IMG/VR virus record: IMGVR_UViG_3300028886_000031
Location: 216,485-280,484 of that record
Length of the DNA: 64,000 bases
Reading direction: 5' to 3' (one strand)
Origin: a virus
Lineage: Duplodnaviria > Heunggongvirae > Uroviricota > Caudoviricetes
Notes under the pieces: generated by a model
Databases searched by the model: none
What the model was told of the DNA's origin: nothing
The model's input: only the letters and a program-made list of their open reading frames with translations
Program-made: the position numbers and the translations under genes
Shown: positions 19,767 through 28,223 of the stretch, piece by piece
Layout: every line of letters begins with the position of its first letter
Numbering within the stretch: the first letter of the stretch is position 1

Positions 19767-20033
19767 TTAAAGTATAGGATAAGTCGGGAATGTTACGGAA
19801 AGAGGAAATACAAAAGAATATTCATAAGATTCTTTTTTTACAGTCTGTTTCTTTTTAGACTTTTTCTTGCTTGATTTCTTACCGTATGGATTTCCACTAT
19901 GCCAAAAATCATGGAATGTTCCTGGTTTCCCTTGGGCTATCCATATTCCATACACAACTTTAACAAGTTCCCCTTTTGTTTTGCGTTTTATATTTCCCCA
20001 ACGCCAATATCCATCTTCAGTCTGTTCTGGCAT
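19767..20033 (-). CDS. hypothetical protein with basic Lys/Ser tail (88 aa)
   Basis: ORF track. Confidence 0.45.
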   Translation of the reverse strand: MPEQTEDGYWRWGNIKRKTKGELVKVVYGIWIAQGKPGTFHDFWHSGNPYGKKSSKKKSKKKQTVKKESYEYSFVFPLSVTFPTYPIL

Positions 20034-20047
20034 ATAATTATCTCGAT

Positions 20048-20179
20048 TTATAATTGTGTTGTAGCATCTCCACCATCAAGAATAAGTGGCTGTGTATTAC
20101 ATGGGCAATTTGAACATTTACAAATACATCCAGTTAGGAATGTTGTTGTTATAACGATAAGATAAAAAACTGTTTTCAT
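20048..20179 (-). CDS. small Cys-rich lipoprotein (about 43 aa; internal start MKTVFYLIVITTTFLTGC)
   Basis: The internal Met gives a classic signal peptide plus lipobox LTGC. It is followed by CKCSNCPC. Confidence 0.4.
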   Translation of the reverse strand: MKTVFYLIVITTTFLTGCICKCSNCPCNTQPLILDGGDATTQL

Positions 20180-20252
20180 AATTTTATATTTTATTAGATC
20201 CAAAAGCCATGACATATAATAAATATAGTCTAAAACATTAAAGGAGAAACAA

Positions 20253-21491
20253 ATGGCAGAATCCATTCAGACATTTTTAAAATCTGTAGAAAACAATAGT
20301 CTACTCGGAACACTTGTTGGCGGTGGAATTATTGTAACAATATTTAGATATATAGGTCAGATATTCTCTTTTATATCTAGGATACTTTTAAATCTTATTA
20401 GTTTCGAAATAAATGAACGTTTTGATATGCAATATTATGGAAGCAGTCCTATTCAATTTAGAAAATTGATGTACATACTTTCTACAAGGTCTAAGATATT
20501 ATGGATGAAAAACGTAGAAGTTTCTAGTATGTCCAACTCTGAGATAGATTCAGCTTTTTCTTTTATACCGCATGGAAAATCATACCATAGATTATATGGA
20601 AAGTTTATTATGGTAGAAAAATCTTATGATACAAGTGGTATGAAAGTTGTTACTTATGTAAGGATACGTGTGTTCTTTTGTACTAAGAAAAAATTCTCCA
20701 AATTGTTTATGGCTGACATGAATACAATTAATCCAAAGGAATCCAATAACAAGGTAGAAATTAGTTCTCTATCTCTGGATTATGTAAATTCAGTTGGAAA
20801 GAATAAGAGACCAATCTCAACGATTTATAATCCAGATGGTATTCCGCAATTATTATTAGATGATGTTAAATCATTTCTCGCCAATGAAAGAAAATACAGA
20901 CAATTGGATATTCCATACAAAAGAAATTATCTCTTGTATGGACAGCCAGGAACTGGAAAAACAAGTTGTGTAATGGCGTTAGCCAGTGAAATAGATTGGA
21001 ATATTATTGAGATAGATATCAATAAGAATAAAATAGATGATATTATTAGAGCTAGTGCTGGTGCTAAGAATACCATATTCTTATTCGAAGATATAGACTC
21101 TATAGAAAGAAATTTAAAATCTAGGCAGAAGAGAAATAGAAGTTACGCTATTGATTTAAATTCTCCTGAAGTAACACTCGGACAAATTTTAAATTTAACA
21201 GATGGACTTATTACACCCGATAAATCTATCAGCATTTTTACAACAAACCATATAGAAGCTTTAGATGATGCTTTCTTACGTGATGGTAGAATGGATGTTA
21301 AAGTCGAGTTCAGAAACTTTGATTGGAAAACAACATGGAAGATGGTCACAGATAAAACAGATATAGATCTTTCTCTTTATAGCAATTTAATTATTAACAA
21401 TGATATTAAACCAGCCACATTACAAGAAAATATCTTAAAGTACAATCTTGGAAATTTATCTAAAGAAGAATTCATTGAAACAATTAAATGA
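20253..21491 (+). CDS. BCS1-like AAA+ ATPase with N-terminal TM segment
   Basis: Walker A LLYGQPGTGKTS. Walker B and sensor region IFLFEDID. SIFTTNHIEALDDAFLRDGRMDVKVEF closely resembles the BCS1/AAA signature. The N-terminus is hydrophobic (LLGTLVGGGIIVTIF). Confidence 0.65.
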   Translation: MAESIQTFLKSVENNSLLGTLVGGGIIVTIFRYIGQIFSFISRILLNLISFEINERFDMQYYGSSPIQFRKLMYILSTRSKILWMKNVEVSSMSNSEIDSAFSFIPHGKSYHRLYGKFIMVEKSYDTSGMKVVTYVRIRVFFCTKKKFSKLFMADMNTINPKESNNKVEISSLSLDYVNSVGKNKRPISTIYNPDGIPQLLLDDVKSFLANERKYRQLDIPYKRNYLLYGQPGTGKTSCVMALASEIDWNIIEIDINKNKIDDIIRASAGAKNTIFLFEDIDSIERNLKSRQKRNRSYAIDLNSPEVTLGQILNLTDGLITPDKSISIFTTNHIEALDDAFLRDGRMDVKVEFRNFDWKTTWKMVTDKTDIDLSLYSNLIINNDIKPATLQENILKYNLGNLSKEEFIETIK

Positions 21492-21501
21492 GGTATAACA
21501 C

Positions 21502-21690
21502 ATGGAAACACACATCTGTCCACAATGTAGTAAAGAATGTGCATATAAGCATGGAATTATGTGTACAATACAAGGATGTATTAAGGATGGAACGAGTAAT
21601 ACAAGCAATATATTTAGTGATATGTTTAAAATAGATGGTTCTAGAAATAGTAATCTAGATGCACTTAGAAAAATATTCGGTATGAGCTAA
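21502..21690 (+). CDS. small Cys-rich protein (62 aa)
   Basis: CPQCSKEC...CTIQGC is a zinc-ribbon-like pattern. Confidence 0.45.
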   Translation: METHICPQCSKECAYKHGIMCTIQGCIKDGTSNTSNIFSDMFKIDGSRNSNLDALRKIFGMS

Positions 21691-21701
21691 AGGAGATTCG
21701 A

Positions 21702-22226
21702 ATGGAACCGAAGAAATACGAAATGCTTAATCTCACATGGGAACAATGCCAAGATAAGTGTGAAATATTATCTAGATACATTAGTATATCTAGGCATATT
21801 AACAATGATATTGACCCAATAGATATTATTGTTTGTGTTGGTAGAGGTGGAATGATCCCATCTAGGTTAATAGCGGAGTCTTTAAATATTAAAGATATTG
21901 TCATGTACAATATATCATCCTACAACAGTATAGGATTAGAAGGAAAGAGTGAGATTAAAGAAACTATTCCTTTTAATTACTATGATATATTAAGTTATAA
22001 AAATGTATTGATTGTAGATGATGTGGCAACAACAATGTCCTCTATTAACTATATCAGACAGAAAATAATTATGAATAGAGCAGATAATGTAATGTATTGT
22101 AGAGCAATTTACTCAGCAACATTATATTGTAATAAAAACCTTTCTTCTAACAATAGACCAGATTTTATAGCAAGTGAATATGATGCTAATAATACATGGA
22201 TTGTATTTCCATGGGAGAAAAACTAA
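21702..22226 (+). CDS. type I phosphoribosyltransferase-fold protein
   Basis: VLIVDDVATTMSS matches the PRPP-binding motif of PRTases. The 174-aa size is that of a minimal PRTase. Confidence 0.5.
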   Translation: MEPKKYEMLNLTWEQCQDKCEILSRYISISRHINNDIDPIDIIVCVGRGGMIPSRLIAESLNIKDIVMYNISSYNSIGLEGKSEIKETIPFNYYDILSYKNVLIVDDVATTMSSINYIRQKIIMNRADNVMYCRAIYSATLYCNKNLSSNNRPDFIASEYDANNTWIVFPWEKN

Positions 22227-22285
22227 GAATAGATACTTTTCCATTATTACTTAAAAAATAAAAATGAGAAAGGAACTTATACTTA

Positions 22286-22636
22286 ATGGCAAGCTGCTGT
22301 AAGAGAGTTAAATGGTATATAGAAGATTGTATCTTTTGTATACGAATATGGTTTAGCGACTATATTATAGAACCTTTTTACGTATGGTACTTTAAACTTT
22401 TTGGTTGGAAAAAGAAATGGGTTCGAGGTTGCTATTCCATAGAAGATGATACAGATAATTTCTGGCTAACGTTGGGTGATGAAGATATTTATGTAACTCC
22501 AGACGATTTCTACTATAAATATTTTAAAGATTTTAAAAATGGGACGAAGTTTAAATGCCATTTGGTATGGAATTCCAATAAAAACAAACCGAAAAAGATT
22601 AGTGATATTCGAATTATAAAATCAAAGAGACATTGA
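22286..22636 (+). CDS. hypothetical Trp-rich protein (116 aa)
   Basis: ORF track. Confidence 0.5.
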   Translation: MASCCKRVKWYIEDCIFCIRIWFSDYIIEPFYVWYFKLFGWKKKWVRGCYSIEDDTDNFWLTLGDEDIYVTPDDFYYKYFKDFKNGTKFKCHLVWNSNKNKPKKISDIRIIKSKRH

Positions 22637-22642
22637 GGTTAT

Positions 22643-22993
22643 ATGGACATTAGAAAGAAACACAAAGATAATCTTAGAAAAATTTCTAAGAAATATGTTA
22701 GAGAAATATCCAAATATATTAAATCCCATAAATTATATGTATATGACTGTACATATGATTTCTTTGATGATGCCCTTGTAAATAACTTTTCAAGAAAACT
22801 TAATCCAGAATACGTATCTATTCTCTTACTAGATGATCCTATAAGTCTTCATGTTTTTAACGCAGAGGATGTAAAAAAGTCTAGAGAACAAGTTAAACAG
22901 AAGAACATTGACTCTTATAGGGATTCTATAGATTATTTGAAATCAAGAATTAAAGATTATGAAGAAAAAATAAATAAATTAAAGAAAAAATAA
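22643..22993 (+). CDS. hypothetical protein (116 aa)
   Basis: ORF track. Confidence 0.5.
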   Translation: MDIRKKHKDNLRKISKKYVREISKYIKSHKLYVYDCTYDFFDDALVNNFSRKLNPEYVSILLLDDPISLHVFNAEDVKKSREQVKQKNIDSYRDSIDYLKSRIKDYEEKINKLKKK

Positions 22994-23110
22994 ATGCTTT
23001 ATATATTATGTATAGTCTTATTATGTATTATCTTAATGATTGGTGCTGTTTTTTGTTTTTATAAATACATAGAATATTTGACATCTGACGAAAAAGATGA
23101 AGAAGAATAA
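22994..23110 (+). CDS. small single-TM peptide (38 aa, MLYILCIVLLCIILMIGAVFCFYKY...)
   Basis: TAAATG overlap with the upstream gene. The ORF is not in the track because of its size. Confidence 0.35.
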   Translation: MLYILCIVLLCIILMIGAVFCFYKYIEYLTSDEKDEEE

Positions 23111-23557
23111 ATTTTCTCTCGGTTTAAATGTTTAAGTTAGACTATATATATTATATCTCAATGATAGAGAACCCAAGTATTTCATCTTTTAGCACCGAAG
23201 ATGTGAAGGAAAAGACTTCGGAATAACCTTTCCATGATGAAATAGCAACGACTTGTTGAGTCCCTTCGTTGTTGCTGGGCTGTGTTTGAACTAGAACGTC
23301 CTTGAGACGTGTACGCTTATGGTTTAATTTACGATTACTTCACAACGTTGCATGGTAACGTTAGTCATCATAGGATTTTGTCGTAAAAACCAAAAAGACT
23401 TCAAATAGTAAAACATTCAGTTTTCAGTTGTCAAGGAACACAAATGTCTTAGCGTATGTAGTTCAGATGCAACCAATCTTGGGTTATTTTATTACATCCG
23501 ATAAGATGGCAGTCAAAAAAGAAATTTTCTTTGTGTCTACCAGAATAAATTTAAAAT

Positions 23558-23869
23558 GGCCTAGTGGCGAAATGGCATACGCAGCGGAGAATCTGAAAAA
23601 AGAAGAGTCCGCCTTAGTCAGAAATGATTAAGAAAAATGTGGTTGAATTCGGCTGAAGAGAGAAAACTCAGAGGGCGAGCCAAGCATGAGATGGATCTCA
23701 TGAAGGTGTAGAGACTACTGGAGGAATATTATTTCCTTAATTACCAGAATTAGCGACCACTACCTTAGCAAGTAATGTTGAAGGTAAAGAGATAGTCCAA
23801 TCCGAGAGGATGCTTAAAATCCGCCCGCCAGTTTTGGCGATGAGGGTTCGAGTCCCTCCTAGGCCACCA
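23558..23869 (+). ncRNA. tmRNA-like RNA with tRNA-like acceptor/T-arm and encoded CCA (candidate ssrA)
   Basis: 5' GGCCTAG (23558-23564) is exactly complementary to CTAGGCC (23859-23865). That is followed by the ACCA discriminator plus CCA and preceded by a T-arm GAGGG-TTCGAGT-CCCTC. The roughly 300 nt between them are GC-elevated and non-coding. A possible tag frame is ...AENLKKEESALVRND-stop, but it is atypical. Confidence 0.4.
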
Positions 23870-23892
23870 TTTTTTATGAAGGATGAACAATT

Positions 23893-24534
23893 ATGGAAGA
23901 TCGATTATGTGAATATGGTTGTAATCAAAAAGCAAAACATATTTTAAAAAATGGAAAATATTGTTGTTCAGAACATCATAATAAATGTCCAGCGATTAGG
24001 ATAAAAAATTCTAATGGAGTATTAAAAGCTTATAATGATGGAAGACTAAATGCAAAAGAGAATTATCAAAAATTATCCCGAGAAACGAAAGACAATATGG
24101 CTTGGAATAGAGGAAAATGTTTAATAAAACCAGAAGATTTAAAAGATAAAAAAGAAATATGTATAGATACAATAGAAAGAATGATTAAAAATAAACTTAT
24201 TGATCTAGAATATAAATGCTGTATATGTGGTAATATTGGAGAATGGAATGGAAAGCCATTGAAATTAGAAATTCATCATATAGATGGAAATCATCAAAAT
24301 AATTCCATAGAGAATTTAACTTATATATGTCCAAATTGCCATACACAAACAAGAACATATAGAAATAGAGGAACATCTAGATGGTTAAAAGAAGATCAAA
24401 TTAGAATTTTTTTAGATGAAAAATTACCTCTATATAATAATGATATAAATGAACTTCTGCAATATGAAAAAGTTAAAAATCAATCTTATGTATATAGAAA
24501 ATATATAGAATGGTATGTTAATAAAAAAGAATAA
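23893..24534 (+). CDS. HNH homing-type endonuclease with N-terminal Cys-rich zinc finger
   Basis: The HNH core is LEIHHIDGNHQNNSIENLTYICPNCHTQT. The N-terminus has CEYGC...CCSEHHNKC. It lies inside the tRNA island, as do the seg/HNH genes of T4-like phages. Confidence 0.65.
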   Translation: MEDRLCEYGCNQKAKHILKNGKYCCSEHHNKCPAIRIKNSNGVLKAYNDGRLNAKENYQKLSRETKDNMAWNRGKCLIKPEDLKDKKEICIDTIERMIKNKLIDLEYKCCICGNIGEWNGKPLKLEIHHIDGNHQNNSIENLTYICPNCHTQTRTYRNRGTSRWLKEDQIRIFLDEKLPLYNNDINELLQYEKVKNQSYVYRKYIEWYVNKKE

Positions 24535-24568
24535 AAATTAATATATCCGAATATATTATATAACATTT

Positions 24569-24643
24569 GCTGGGTTGGCTCAGTGGTTCAGCACCTTCCT
24601 TGTAAGAAGGATCACGGGGGTTCGAATCCCTCACCCAGCTCCA
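24569..24643 (+). tRNA. tRNA-Thr (anticodon UGU), CCA encoded
   Basis: Acceptor GCTGGGT/ACCCAGC. Anticodon arm CCTTC-CTTGTAA-GAAGG. T-arm GGGGG-TTCGAAT-CCCTC. Confidence 0.8.
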
Positions 24644-24646
24644 TCT

Positions 24647-24724
24647 CGGAGATTAGCTCAGTCTGGCTAGAGCGTTTGTTTTGGGTACAAAATGTCGGGG
24701 GTTCGAATCCCTCATCTCCGACCA
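24647..24724 (+). tRNA. tRNA-Pro (anticodon UGG), CCA encoded
   Basis: Acceptor CGGAGAT/ATCTCCG. D-arm GCTC-AGTCTGGCTA-GAGC. Anticodon arm TTTGT-TTTGGGT-ACAAA. It starts 3 nt after tRNA-Thr. Confidence 0.8.
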
Positions 24725-24957
24725 CTACAAAGATCTTGACCTAATTAGCTATATGTTTTCCGCTATTGTGAAAACGTATAAGGGGTACTATGTATATAAG
24801 TTGCTAAGAATGAAGCATAGTTTGTATCAATCCTATACAACAAGTCAAACTCACCATCGAGTTGGATATGTTCGCTAGAAATACAGCTGGTTCTAGTTAG
24901 AGAGAACATAATGGATTTATTTTTACGATGGTTATTTTTTTACAAGAAAGGTAAGTT

Positions 24958-25905
24958 ATGAGACACTCATCGAAAACACAGAGTATATCTGATGTAATAG
25001 AACTATCGAAAGAATATTATAAAATAGATGGTATTTTCTTTGATGATACTTCTGAACAGAAATATTATAAATTACGTTTTATAGATTCCCGTATTGAAAA
25101 TCCCAAAGAAAATCAGTTCGATATAAATGTCTTTAGAGATTTCGATTATGAATCAAATAAAGAATATGCTCTTATTCATGATTTATTTATACATCATGTT
25201 CGACCATTAAAGTTTGATGTAGTAAAAGAATTTTTTAAAGATTTTACTGTAAAATATCAGGTTGTTACAAAGTGCTCAGGAGAAGAATTTAACAAATGCT
25301 ATAGCATAGAATATCCGGAAGAAGCTAAATACAAGTTAGAGAGAATATACCCGCCTCATATATATTTCTTAGCTGATACACATTTTCATCACGGCACGAG
25401 ACTTAAGAACACTCCATATAAAAGTATGCAAGAATATAATGATAAACTTATACAAAAAATTAACGCAGTTGTTCCTGAATATGCAATTCTCGTTCTTGTT
25501 GGAGATGTTTATGTTCCTAGTGATAGTAAAATGGGAAGACAGGAACAGATAGAAGAATTGACAAATATAAGAAAACAAATTAATTGTGAAAAAATCATAA
25601 TAATTCGAGGAAACCATGATAAATTAACATTAATGGATTATTTAAAATGTGGATTTTATGATGTTAGAGATAACTTGATATTACATGATTATGATGGCAG
25701 TAAAATCATCTCAACACACGAAGAAATACAAGATGATATCGGTGAATATAAAAATATTTTTGGACATATTCACAAACCAGAAATTGCTGTTACTGAATCA
25801 ACGTTTAATTGCTCTGCAAATGTTCTAGATGGAATTCCTAAATCCTTATTAGAAATTTTGGAAATGATGAAGGAAAAGACTAAAAATAAGTTTAAAAACA
25901 TATAA
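24958..25905 (+). CDS. calcineurin-like metallophosphoesterase (paralog 1) with N-terminal extra domain
   Basis: Motifs ADTHFHHG, VGDVY, RGNHDK and GHIHKP. Located between tRNA genes. Confidence 0.6.
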   Translation: MRHSSKTQSISDVIELSKEYYKIDGIFFDDTSEQKYYKLRFIDSRIENPKENQFDINVFRDFDYESNKEYALIHDLFIHHVRPLKFDVVKEFFKDFTVKYQVVTKCSGEEFNKCYSIEYPEEAKYKLERIYPPHIYFLADTHFHHGTRLKNTPYKSMQEYNDKLIQKINAVVPEYAILVLVGDVYVPSDSKMGRQEQIEELTNIRKQINCEKIIIIRGNHDKLTLMDYLKCGFYDVRDNLILHDYDGSKIISTHEEIQDDIGEYKNIFGHIHKPEIAVTESTFNCSANVLDGIPKSLLEILEMMKEKTKNKFKNI

Positions 25906-26112
25906 ATAAATTATATGTTTATATATAAATATTTATTTTTATTTTTGTTTTTACTATTCATATTAATACATATCTTTTTATCCATAGATGATAGATCTCT
26001 GGGATTTCCAACAGATAAAACGAGAATGACTCTTGTAATATCTATAATTAGTTTATTACTTTTTATATTATCGATTTTATTTTCATAGAATAGAATACAT
26101 TGTATATAATTT

Positions 26113-26201
26113 GGAGAGTTACCGAAGTGGCTATAACGGGACGGTCTTGAAAACCGCTGACCCGAAAGGGTCCGGGGGTTCGAATCCCTCACTCTCCGCC
26201 A
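26113..26201 (+). tRNA. tRNA-Ser (anticodon UGA), class II, CCA encoded
   Basis: Acceptor GGAGAGT/ACTCTCC. Anticodon loop CTTGAAA. Long variable arm TGACCCGAAAGGGTCC, close to the E. coli tRNA-Ser(UGA) arm. Discriminator G. Confidence 0.8.
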
Positions 26202-26234
26202 TCTTATCTAAAATAATAAAAAGGAGTAATAAAC

Positions 26235-26930
26235 ATGGGTACGACATCCAGTTTTTTAAAACTTAGATCAAAGAAAACTCCAAAAGTTGGAGAATGGAAC
26301 ATTAATTATGCTGCAGCATTACAGCAGGCTAAAGCAGAAAACAAGTTTATTGTAACGCTGTGGACAAATGGTGATTGTTGTGGCTATTGCGTAACCGCTG
26401 AAAAATGTATGATGACAGACACATTTAAGAATTGGATGAAATCCGTCGATGCATACTTTGTTGTTCAATGTGGGACGGATAAAGATAAAGGTAAAACTAC
26501 TCATGATTGGATATATAAAGGTACTGGCTTGAGATATTATCCTGGATTTAGAGTCACATTATATAATTCAAAGGGTGTAGCTTTATTTGATCAGGCTATT
26601 GAAGGAAATAAACTGAGGAAAAATAAAGTTAATGATGCTGGTGCACGTGAAATGATTAATGGTTTTAATGAAATGTTTGCTAAGAAAACAGTTAAACGTA
26701 GTTTAAAATCTAAGAAGTCTAAACAAGATTATAAGATTAGGTTAAACGAAAAATTAACTGTAGCAAAAGTTAACAAGATTCTTGATGCCATTGATAAGTG
26801 TGATGGATATTGTCCTTGTCAACCAAGGTATGAAGGTTCAAAATGCCATTGTGAAGATTTCTTGGAGAACAAGGGCATTGGTGAACCTTGTATCTGTAAT
26901 ATATATGTAAAACAGAAGAAGGGCAAGTAA
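26235..26930 (+). CDS. hypothetical Cys-rich protein (CxxC near N-terminus, EGF-like Cys cluster at C-terminus)
   Basis: LWTNGDCCGYC is a thioredoxin-like CxxC context. The C-terminus has CDGYCPCQPRYEGSKCHCEDF...CICN. Confidence 0.5.
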   Translation: MGTTSSFLKLRSKKTPKVGEWNINYAAALQQAKAENKFIVTLWTNGDCCGYCVTAEKCMMTDTFKNWMKSVDAYFVVQCGTDKDKGKTTHDWIYKGTGLRYYPGFRVTLYNSKGVALFDQAIEGNKLRKNKVNDAGAREMINGFNEMFAKKTVKRSLKSKKSKQDYKIRLNEKLTVAKVNKILDAIDKCDGYCPCQPRYEGSKCHCEDFLENKGIGEPCICNIYVKQKKGK

Positions 26931-26946
26931 TTAACAATGGATATAG

Positions 26947-27405
26947 ATGTTGGAGGACAAAATAATGTTTAAAGTTATCAACATATTAATACAAAAAATT
27001 AAAAGTTTGTTTAAAGGAAAGAAGCCAGAGGCTAATTCTTCCGAACAAGTGCATTGGATCAATCATATATATGATGAGTCGAAATTCTGGCCTAATACTG
27101 GCGGAATGTATGCTAATGTTCACGGATTTGATGAAGGTCCTGGACAGGTGTATTGGGTTGGAGTTGATATTCGCTCATTCTTCATCAGATGTGCTGATTA
27201 CGTCATTAAATGTAAGAACAAGTCTACATATGATCATTATATAAATATGTGCGCAGAGGATATTCTTCACGCAATAAGGAACGACCCGCGTCTCGATTAC
27301 CACTATGGAAACGATGTGAATGTTGATTTCAAGTTCAGATGGTGTGATAATGAGAAACACTTTGATGTTCATTTGGGAACAGATTCTTACGCTGAAGAGA
27401 AATAA
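26947..27405 (+). CDS. hypothetical protein (152 aa)
   Basis: ORF track. Confidence 0.5.
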   Translation: MLEDKIMFKVINILIQKIKSLFKGKKPEANSSEQVHWINHIYDESKFWPNTGGMYANVHGFDEGPGQVYWVGVDIRSFFIRCADYVIKCKNKSTYDHYINMCAEDILHAIRNDPRLDYHYGNDVNVDFKFRWCDNEKHFDVHLGTDSYAEEK

Positions 27406-27413
27406 ATATTAAA

Positions 27414-27500
27414 CGCCAGTTGCCGGATATGGATAACGGGGCAGACTGTAAATCTGCTGGTTCTTGACCTTAGGTGGTTCAATTCCATCACTGGCGACCA
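27414..27500 (+). tRNA. tRNA-Tyr (anticodon GUA), bacterial class II type, CCA encoded
   Basis: Acceptor CGCCAGT/ACTGGCG. Anticodon arm GCAGA-CTGTAAA-TCTGC. It has a long variable arm. T-arm GGTGG-TTCAATT-CCATC. Confidence 0.75.
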
Positions 27501-27510
27501 TTTTAAAATA

Positions 27511-27544
27511 GACTGGGCAGGAAACTGTCCAGTCAGTTTTTACT
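27511..27544 (+). terminator. rho-independent terminator after tRNA-Tyr
   Basis: GACTGGGCAG-GAAA-CTGTCCAGTC hairpin followed by AGTTTTT. Confidence 0.55.
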
Positions 27545-27556
27545 CGATTTTAATGT

Positions 27557-27841
27557 ATGTCCAATAGAGTTTTAGAGTTTATAAAGAGAAGGTTTCCACA
27601 AGATAGTAATTGGCTTAATGGGAATTGTTATTATTTCGCATTGATATTAAGTGACCGTTTCGATGGTGAAATTCTATATGATGTGATAGACGGGCACTTT
27701 GTGACTTTAATTGATGGAATTAAATACGATTGGGAAGGTATTGTCCCACAAAATGGGATACATAAATACATTAAATGGAATGACTTTGATAAATATGATA
27801 AATATCAAAAGAAATCTGTTATAAGCGGTTGTATTAAGTAA
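27557..27841 (+). CDS. hypothetical protein (94 aa)
   Basis: ORF track. Confidence 0.5.
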   Translation: MSNRVLEFIKRRFPQDSNWLNGNCYYFALILSDRFDGEILYDVIDGHFVTLIDGIKYDWEGIVPQNGIHKYIKWNDFDKYDKYQKKSVISGCIK

Positions 27842-27857
27842 TTAAAAAGGAGAAGTT

Positions 27858-28016
27858 ATGCCAGAATCCAAAGAATTAGACCTTAAAAAGGACATAGAAA
27901 GCTGTATTAATATAATGTATACCCTTTTAGATGATATTTATGATTTATGTAAATACGAAAGTCCGGAAGCAGAAAATTTCCTAAAGGGACTGAAGGAAAA
28001 ATATAATTTTACTTAA
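27858..28016 (+). CDS. hypothetical small protein (52 aa)
   Basis: Strong RBS aaaaggagaagttATG. It is not in the track (<60 aa). Confidence 0.45.
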   Translation: MPESKELDLKKDIESCINIMYTLLDDIYDLCKYESPEAENFLKGLKEKYNFT

Positions 28017-28034
28017 ACATAGAATAAAAAGTAT

Positions 28035-28124
28035 GGAACCTTGGCTGAGTCTGGCTTATAGCAGCAACCTACTAAGTTGCCGAGGGGAAACCCTCCGCTG
28101 GTTCAAATCCAGCAGGTTCCGCCA
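28035..28124 (+). tRNA. class II tRNA-Ser-like with anticodon loop CUACUAA (anticodon ACU), CCA encoded
   Basis: Acceptor GGAACCT/AGGTTCC with G discriminator (Ser identity). D-arm GCTG-AGTCTGGCTTA-TAGC. Anticodon stem GCAAC/GTTGC. The loop differs from the tRNA-Ser(GCU) loop CUGCUAA only by G34 to A. It has a long variable arm. T-arm GCTGG-TTCAAAT-CCAGC. Confidence 0.65.
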
Positions 28125-28128
28125 TTTA

Positions 28129-28203
28129 GCCCTCATCGTCTAACGGTTAGGACATTAGGTTTTCATCCTGATAACAGGAGTTCGACTCTCCTTGAGGGTG
28201 CCA
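28129..28203 (+). tRNA. tRNA-Glu (anticodon UUC), CCA encoded
   Basis: Acceptor GCCCTCA/TGAGGGT. Anticodon arm TTAGG-TTTTCAT-CCTGA. T-arm AGGAG-TTCGACT-CTCCT. Confidence 0.8.
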
Positions 28204-28223
28204 TGATTTCGTAAAGGAGAAAC

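Noticed and set aside
19899-20165. 88-aa plus-strand ORF
   Set aside because: It overlaps two minus-strand genes, including the lipobox peptide.
23428-23631. 67-aa plus-strand ORF
   Set aside because: It spans the 5' part of the tmRNA-like RNA and GC-rich non-coding leader, has no RBS, and is better explained as ncRNA.
24681-24878. 65-aa plus-strand ORF
   Set aside because: It starts inside tRNA-Pro.
25911-26192. 93-aa minus-strand ORF
   Set aside because: It overlaps tRNA-Ser(UGA) on the opposite strand in an AT-rich spacer.
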